Shown piece by piece: positions 59,726 through 64,000 of a DNA stretch of 64,000 nucleotides. This stretch comes from an uncultured Clostridia bacterium (GTDB taxonomy: Bacteria > Bacillota > Clostridia > TANB77 > CAG-508). The first letter of the stretch is position 1; every line of letters begins with the position of its first letter. Both the position numbers and the translations under genes were made by a program. The notes under the pieces are model-generated. The model worked only from the letters and a program-made list of their open reading frames with translations, was not told the origin of the DNA and ran no database searches. The stretch covers positions 19,185 through 83,184 of the forward strand of contig CAKOTX010000002.1 of NCBI GenBank assembly GCA_934120315.1, written 5' to 3'.

Positions 59726-60673
59726 ATGATAGAATTTGAAAAGCCAAATATTGAATGTCTAGAGGTTGATGACACAAATAATTATGCAAAATTTGTATGC
59801 GAACCATTAGAAAGAGGATATGGTGTAACAATAGGAAATTCATTAAGACGTATATTACTATCATCTTTAACAGGATGTGCAATTACAAGTGTTAAAATTG
59901 AGGGTGTATTACATGAATTTTCAAGCATACCAAATGTTGTAGAAGATGTACCAGAAATTATAGTTAACTTGAAAAATGTTAGACTAAAATTTGCTGAAAA
60001 CGAAGAAAAAGTCATGAGAATTAACTTTAAAGGTGAAGGAGAAGTAACTGCAGGAGATATCATTACAGATGGAACTGTAGAAATATTAAATCCAGACTTA
60101 CATATAGCAACTGTATCAGAAGGTGGACAGTTGATAATGGAATTGACAGCAGATATGGGAAGAGGATATTCCCCTTCAGAAAAGAATAAAAAACCTAACC
60201 AAGACATATCTGTGCTTCCAATAGATTCAATTTATACACCAGTAAAAAAAGTAAATTATCAAGTAAAAAACACTAGAGTAGGCCAAATGGTTGACTATGA
60301 TAAGCTAATTATCGAAGTTTGGACAGATGGTAGTTTAAAAGCTCATGAAGCTTTAAGCTTAGCTGCTAAAGTTATGACAGGACATTTAGAATTATTCATA
60401 GATTTATCTGAAGCAACAAGAAATACACAAGTAATGATAGAAAAAGAAGAATCTAAAAAAGAGAAAGTTTTAGAAACATCAATCGAAGAACTAGAATTAT
60501 CTGTACGTTCATTCAACTGCTTAAAGAGAGCAGGAATAGCTACAGTAGAGGATTTAACAAACAGATCTGAAAGTGATATGATGAAAGTTAGAAATTTAGG
60601 AAAGAAATCATTAGATGAAGTAATTGCAAAATTACATTCATTAGGCTTAAATTTCGCTGAAGAAGACGAATAA
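59726..60673 (+). CDS. rpoA: DNA-directed RNA polymerase subunit alpha
   Basis: Alpha NTD and CTD ([15 protein letters not shown]). Confidence 0.95.
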   Translation: MIEFEKPNIECLEVDDTNNYAKFVCEPLERGYGVTIGNSLRRILLSSLTGCAITSVKIEGVLHEFSSIPNVVEDVPEIIVNLKNVRLKFAENEEKVMRINFKGEGEVTAGDIITDGTVEILNPDLHIATVSEGGQLIMELTADMGRGYSPSEKNKKPNQDISVLPIDSIYTPVKKVNYQVKNTRVGQMVDYDKLIIEVWTDGSLKAHEALSLAAKVMTGHLELFIDLSEATRNTQVMIEKEESKKEKVLETSIEELELSVRSFNCLKRAGIATVEDLTNRSESDMMKVRNLGKKSLDEVIAKLHSLGLNFAEEDE

Positions 60674-60679
60674 AGGAAG

Positions 60680-61198
60680 GTGAAAAAATTGGCAACAAAC
60701 AGAAAATTAGGTAGAACTACTGATATAAGAAATGCAATGTTAAAAACATTAACAACAGATTTAATATTACACGGAAAAGTTGAAACAACAGAAGCTAGAG
60801 CAAAAGAAGTAAAAGCAATCGCTGATAGTTTAATAGCTTTAGCAATCAAAGAAAAAGACAACTTCGAAACTGTAGATGTAAAAGTAGTAAAAGCAAAACT
60901 AGATTCTAAAGGTAATAAAGTTACAGAATTAGTAAAAAGCAAAAATGGTAATGAATATCTAAAAGTTGTTAAAGAAGAGAAAACAGAAAAAAGACAAAAA
61001 GATATGCCATCAAGATTAAATGCAAGAAGAAAAATGATGACAAAATTAAATAAAGTAAAAGATACAGATGTAATAGGAAAATTATTTAACGAAATCGCTC
61101 CTAAATACGAAGGTAGAGTTGGAGGATATACAAGAATCGTTAAAGCTGGACCACGTAAAGGTGATGCAGCAGAAGTTGCTATATTACAACTAGTTTAA
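60680..61198 (+). CDS. rplQ: 50S ribosomal protein L17 (with about 45-aa internal insertion). The alternative TTG start at 60689 has better RBS spacing.
   Basis: N-terminal (RKLGRTTDIRNAMLK) and C-terminal (GGYTRIVKAGPRKGDAAEVAILQLV) L17 blocks. Confidence 0.9.
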   Translation: MKKLATNRKLGRTTDIRNAMLKTLTTDLILHGKVETTEARAKEVKAIADSLIALAIKEKDNFETVDVKVVKAKLDSKGNKVTELVKSKNGNEYLKVVKEEKTEKRQKDMPSRLNARRKMMTKLNKVKDTDVIGKLFNEIAPKYEGRVGGYTRIVKAGPRKGDAAEVAILQLV

Positions 61199-61204
61199 TT
61201 GAAT

Positions 61205-61360
61205 ATAAATTATCAAGAGTGGAGTAGAGAACGGCTCGTTAATCCCACAGCAACCTATCGATAGACAAGGTGCTAAAACCGGCAAAGCATTGGCTTTGAG
61301 TGATGATTGAATAAAAGTGAACTCTTAGCATATGCTGGGGGTTTATTTTTATTATATAGG
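61205..61360 (+). promoter_or_regulatory. SAM-I (S-box) riboswitch leader of metK
   Basis: P1 5'-AAUUAUC...GAUGAUU-3'. S-box-like AUCAAGAG-UGGAG...GCAACC and AAGGUGCUAAAACC elements. T-rich tract before the RBS. Confidence 0.6.
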
Positions 61361-61371
61361 AGGAAACAAAA

Positions 61372-62484
61372 ATGAAAAAATATTATTTTACATCTGAAAG
61401 TGTAACTGAAGGACATCCAGATAAATTATGTGATTATATTTCGGATACAATATTAGATGAAGCATTAAAACAAGACAGATATTCAAGAGTGGCAGTAGAA
61501 ACATTTGCATCTGCAAATCAAATAACAATTGCAGGACAATTAACAACAAATGCTAAATTAGATATAGAAAAAATAGTTAGAAATAGAATTAAAGAAATTG
61601 GTTATGATGATGCCAAATTAGATATAGATTATAGAACTTGCAAAATAGATATTAATATAACAAAACAGAGTTCAGATATAGCACAAGGTGTAGATATTGG
61701 AGGTGCTGGAGATCAAGGAATTATGTTCGGATATGCTTCTGACGAAACAGAAGAATATATGCCTTTTGCAATATCAATGGCACATAAGTTAGCTAGAAGA
61801 TTAACAGTTGTGCGTAAAATGGGAATATTACCATATCTAAGACCAGATGGAAAGACACAAGTAACTGTTGAATATGAAGGAGATAAAGTAAAAAGAATTG
61901 ATACTATATTGATTTCTACACAACATAATGCAAATGTTGATATGGATGCATTAATTACAGATATTAAAGATAAAGTAATAAATGCAGTAATACCTGAAAA
62001 ATATTTGGATGAAAATACAAAATATTATATTAATCCAACAGGAAGATTTGTAATTGGAGGACCTTTAGGGGATACAGGATTAACTGGAAGAAAAATTATA
62101 GTAGACACATATGGTGGCTATGCACGTCATGGCGGAGGAGCTTTTTCTGGAAAAGATGCTACAAAAGTAGATAGGAGTGCTGCATATATGTTACGTCATA
62201 TTGCTAAAAACGTTGTAGCAAATGGATATGCAAAAAAATGTGAATTACAAGTTGCATATGCAATTGGTGTAGAACAACCAATGTCAATATTTGTAGATAC
62301 ATTTGGAACAAATACAATTCCAGAAGACGAGATAGAAGAAATCATTAAAAGAAATTTTGATTTGACACCAAAAGGAATTATAGAATATTTAGGTTTACGT
62401 GAACCAATATTTACAAAAACAACAAATTATGGACATTTTGGAAAGCCAGAATTACCATGGGAAAAAATTATCGAATTAAAGTAA
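61372..62484 (+). CDS. metK: S-adenosylmethionine synthetase
   Basis: GHPDKLCD and GAGDQG signatures. Confidence 0.95.
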   Translation: MKKYYFTSESVTEGHPDKLCDYISDTILDEALKQDRYSRVAVETFASANQITIAGQLTTNAKLDIEKIVRNRIKEIGYDDAKLDIDYRTCKIDINITKQSSDIAQGVDIGGAGDQGIMFGYASDETEEYMPFAISMAHKLARRLTVVRKMGILPYLRPDGKTQVTVEYEGDKVKRIDTILISTQHNANVDMDALITDIKDKVINAVIPEKYLDENTKYYINPTGRFVIGGPLGDTGLTGRKIIVDTYGGYARHGGGAFSGKDATKVDRSAAYMLRHIAKNVVANGYAKKCELQVAYAIGVEQPMSIFVDTFGTNTIPEDEIEEIIKRNFDLTPKGIIEYLGLREPIFTKTTNYGHFGKPELPWEKIIELK

Positions 62485-62531
62485 CAAAAAAATATTAAAT
62501 TCATAGAATAGCCATAAGGAGGAAAATAGGT

Positions 62532-62888
62532 ATGGAGAATTTTATTATAAATTCTATACTTTGGGTACTTGCTCTTTATGGCTTATTTGAATTGATTAGA
62601 CAAATTATATATATGATTACATATACAAATATGAAAGCAGACGGAATTTATATTATTATAGCAGTTAAGAATCAAGAAGAAAGAATTGAAGGATTTTTGC
62701 GTTCAGTATTATTTAAGATATTATATGGAAAGGAAGAAAATATTAAAGATATTATTGTAACAGACTTGAATTCAACTGATAAAACTAAAGAGATAATTAA
62801 TAAAATGTCAACAGATTATGAGTGTGTAAAAATTATAAATTGGAAAGAATGTAAACAGCTTATAGACAATATAGATGAAACCGATTGA
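62532..62888 (+). CDS. hypothetical protein (118 aa) with N-terminal TM helix
   Basis: ORF with RBS AAGGAGGAAAATAGGT. No recognisable motif. Confidence 0.5.
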   Translation: MENFIINSILWVLALYGLFELIRQIIYMITYTNMKADGIYIIIAVKNQEERIEGFLRSVLFKILYGKEENIKDIIVTDLNSTDKTKEIINKMSTDYECVKIINWKECKQLIDNIDETD

Positions 62889-62939
62889 TTTATGGGGCGT
62901 ATTGTATTATAATAATATACATAATGAAAGGAAATAGAA

Positions 62940-63825
62940 ATGGAAGAACTAATAAGATGTGAAATTTGTCCTCATAAATGTGGAATAGATAGAACTAAAT
63001 ATCCAGGAAGATGTAAATCAACAGATAAAATAAAAATTGCATTATATTCTACACACAATTTTGAAGAACCTTGCATTTCAGGTGAGAATCGGTTCTGGGA
63101 CGATATTCTTCTCTAACTGTAATATGAACTGCATATTTTGTCAAAATTATGAAATAAGCCAACTTGGAAAGGGAAAAGAGATAACAATAGAAGAGCTTGC
63201 AGATATAATGATAAAACAACAAGAAAAAGGAGTAGAAAATATTAATCTAGTAACTCCAACAAGTTATGCATTACATATAATAGAAGCAATAAAAATAGCA
63301 AGAAAAAAAGGATTATATATTCCAATTGTTTATAATACAAATGGTTATGAAAATGTAGAGACTTTAAAAATGCTTGAAGGTTATATAGATATATATTTGC
63401 CAGATTTAAAATATTTTTATGATGAATTAGGAAAAGAATATTCTAAGGTTAATAACTATTTTGAAGTTGCAACAAAAGCAATAAAAGAAATGTATAGACA
63501 AGTTGGAATCCCAAAATTAGATGATAACGGAATAATGAAAAAGGGATTAATGATAAGACATTTAATTTTACCAAATCAAGTAGAAAATAGTAAACAAGTT
63601 TTGAAGTGGATAAAAGAAAATATAGACAATAATGTTTTTGTAAGTGTTATGGCACAATATTTTCCAACATATAAAGCAAAAGAAATTGAAGGATTAAATA
63701 GAAAGCTAACTAAAGGAGAATATGAAGAAGTAGAAAATTATTTATATGACTTAGATCTTGAAAATGGCTATATTCAGGAACTTGGAGAACATGAGGAAGA
63801 ATATGTGCCAAAGTGGGAAATTTAG
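62940..63825 (+). pseudogene. PflX-like (COG1313) radical SAM protein, disrupted by a +1 frameshift near 63088-63092
   Basis: N-terminal Cys-rich segment CEICPHKCGI...GRC...EEPCISGEN in frame 0 stops at 63116. The radical-SAM CxxxCxxC motif (GSGTIFFSNCNMNCIFCQNYEIS) continues in frame +1 (track ORF 63037-63825). Confidence 0.65.
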
Positions 63826-63916
63826 CTAGACAATGAAAAAAAGATGTGTTATACTTTCATCAAGTTGTAAATAGTTACAGCCAAGCATAAATATGTGTGA
63901 AAGGAGTACAACACAA

Positions 63917-64000
63917 ATGAAAATCGAAGTAATAGCATCAACAAAAGTAGGGTATGCATTACCAAAAGAAGAGGCCTTAGATTTTTCTGGAAAATCAGCA
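63917..64000 (+). CDS. partial ORF (5' end only; MKIEVIASTKVGYALPKEEALDFSGKSA...)
   Basis: RBS GAAAGGAG 8 nt before the ATG. Runs off the window end. Confidence 0.4.
   Translation, partial: MKIEVIASTKVGYALPKEEALDFSGKSA

Noticed and set aside
1-64000. CRISPR arrays, rRNA or tRNA genes, IS elements, transposases and integrases
   Set aside because: No regularly spaced direct repeats with spacers, no rRNA- or tRNA-like sequence, and no transposase- or integrase-like ORF anywhere. The GC-rich cassette has no flanking direct or inverted repeats that I could find.

Overview
This window is a chromosomal segment of a very AT-rich (about 28-30% GC) spore-forming Firmicute of the Clostridia type. Sporulation genes are present (pdaA-like deacetylase, yqfC/yqfD, an SpoVD/FtsI-type PBP, an FtsW/SpoVE-type protein, yaaT). 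The ribosomal operons follow the Gram-positive order and keep rpsD inside the alpha operon. All coordinates and calls rest on the supplied six-frame ORF track, reading motifs by eye, and recognising RBSs, promoters and hairpins by hand. No database search was possible.

Layout from 5' to 3':
- 1-1.4 kb: an RNA methyltransferase and an RluA-type pseudouridine synthase.
- 1.5-4.5 kb: an agr-like quorum-sensing locus. agrB is followed by a 39-codon agrD that is not in the ORF track, and a LytTR response regulator plus an AgrC-type histidine kinase lie convergent on the minus strand.
- 4.9-8.0 kb: a 1059-aa secreted papain-like (C1) cysteine protease carrying six Big_2 Ig-like domains.
- 8.1-14.2 kb: sporulation and housekeeping genes (pdaA-like, yqfC, yqfD, an unknown 412-aa K/E-rich protein, ybeY, a DUF3048 protein, ldh).
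- 14.5-17.0 kb: an 844-aa BspA-type leucine-rich-repeat surface protein. An (AC)9 microsatellite inside a small ORF lies just upstream.
- 17.2-28.3 kb: gatCAB, an unknown protein, a TSCPD protein, a PBP, a YifB/ComM ATPase, dprA, yraN, rsmA and fmt.
- 28.4-30.9 kb: a two-gene cassette at 42-50% GC, each gene behind a consensus sigma-A promoter. This is the strongest candidate for novelty in the window.
- 31.6-45.1 kb: dps, murE, mraY, ftsW/spoVE, murG, an orphan PAS histidine kinase, lepB, holB, yaaT, a ferredoxin, a rhodanese, a TIGR04086-like membrane protein, an HD hydrolase, a degenerate SecD/SecF-like pair and a dCMP deaminase.
- 45.5-61.2 kb: the S10-spc-alpha ribosomal protein operons (rpsJ through rplQ, with secY, adk, map, infA and rpmJ).
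- 61.2-64.0 kb: a SAM-I riboswitch, metK, a small hypothetical protein, a frameshifted PflX-like radical SAM gene and a partial ORF.

Apparent frameshifts occur in yqfD and in the radical SAM gene. No rRNA, tRNA, CRISPR array or transposase was found.
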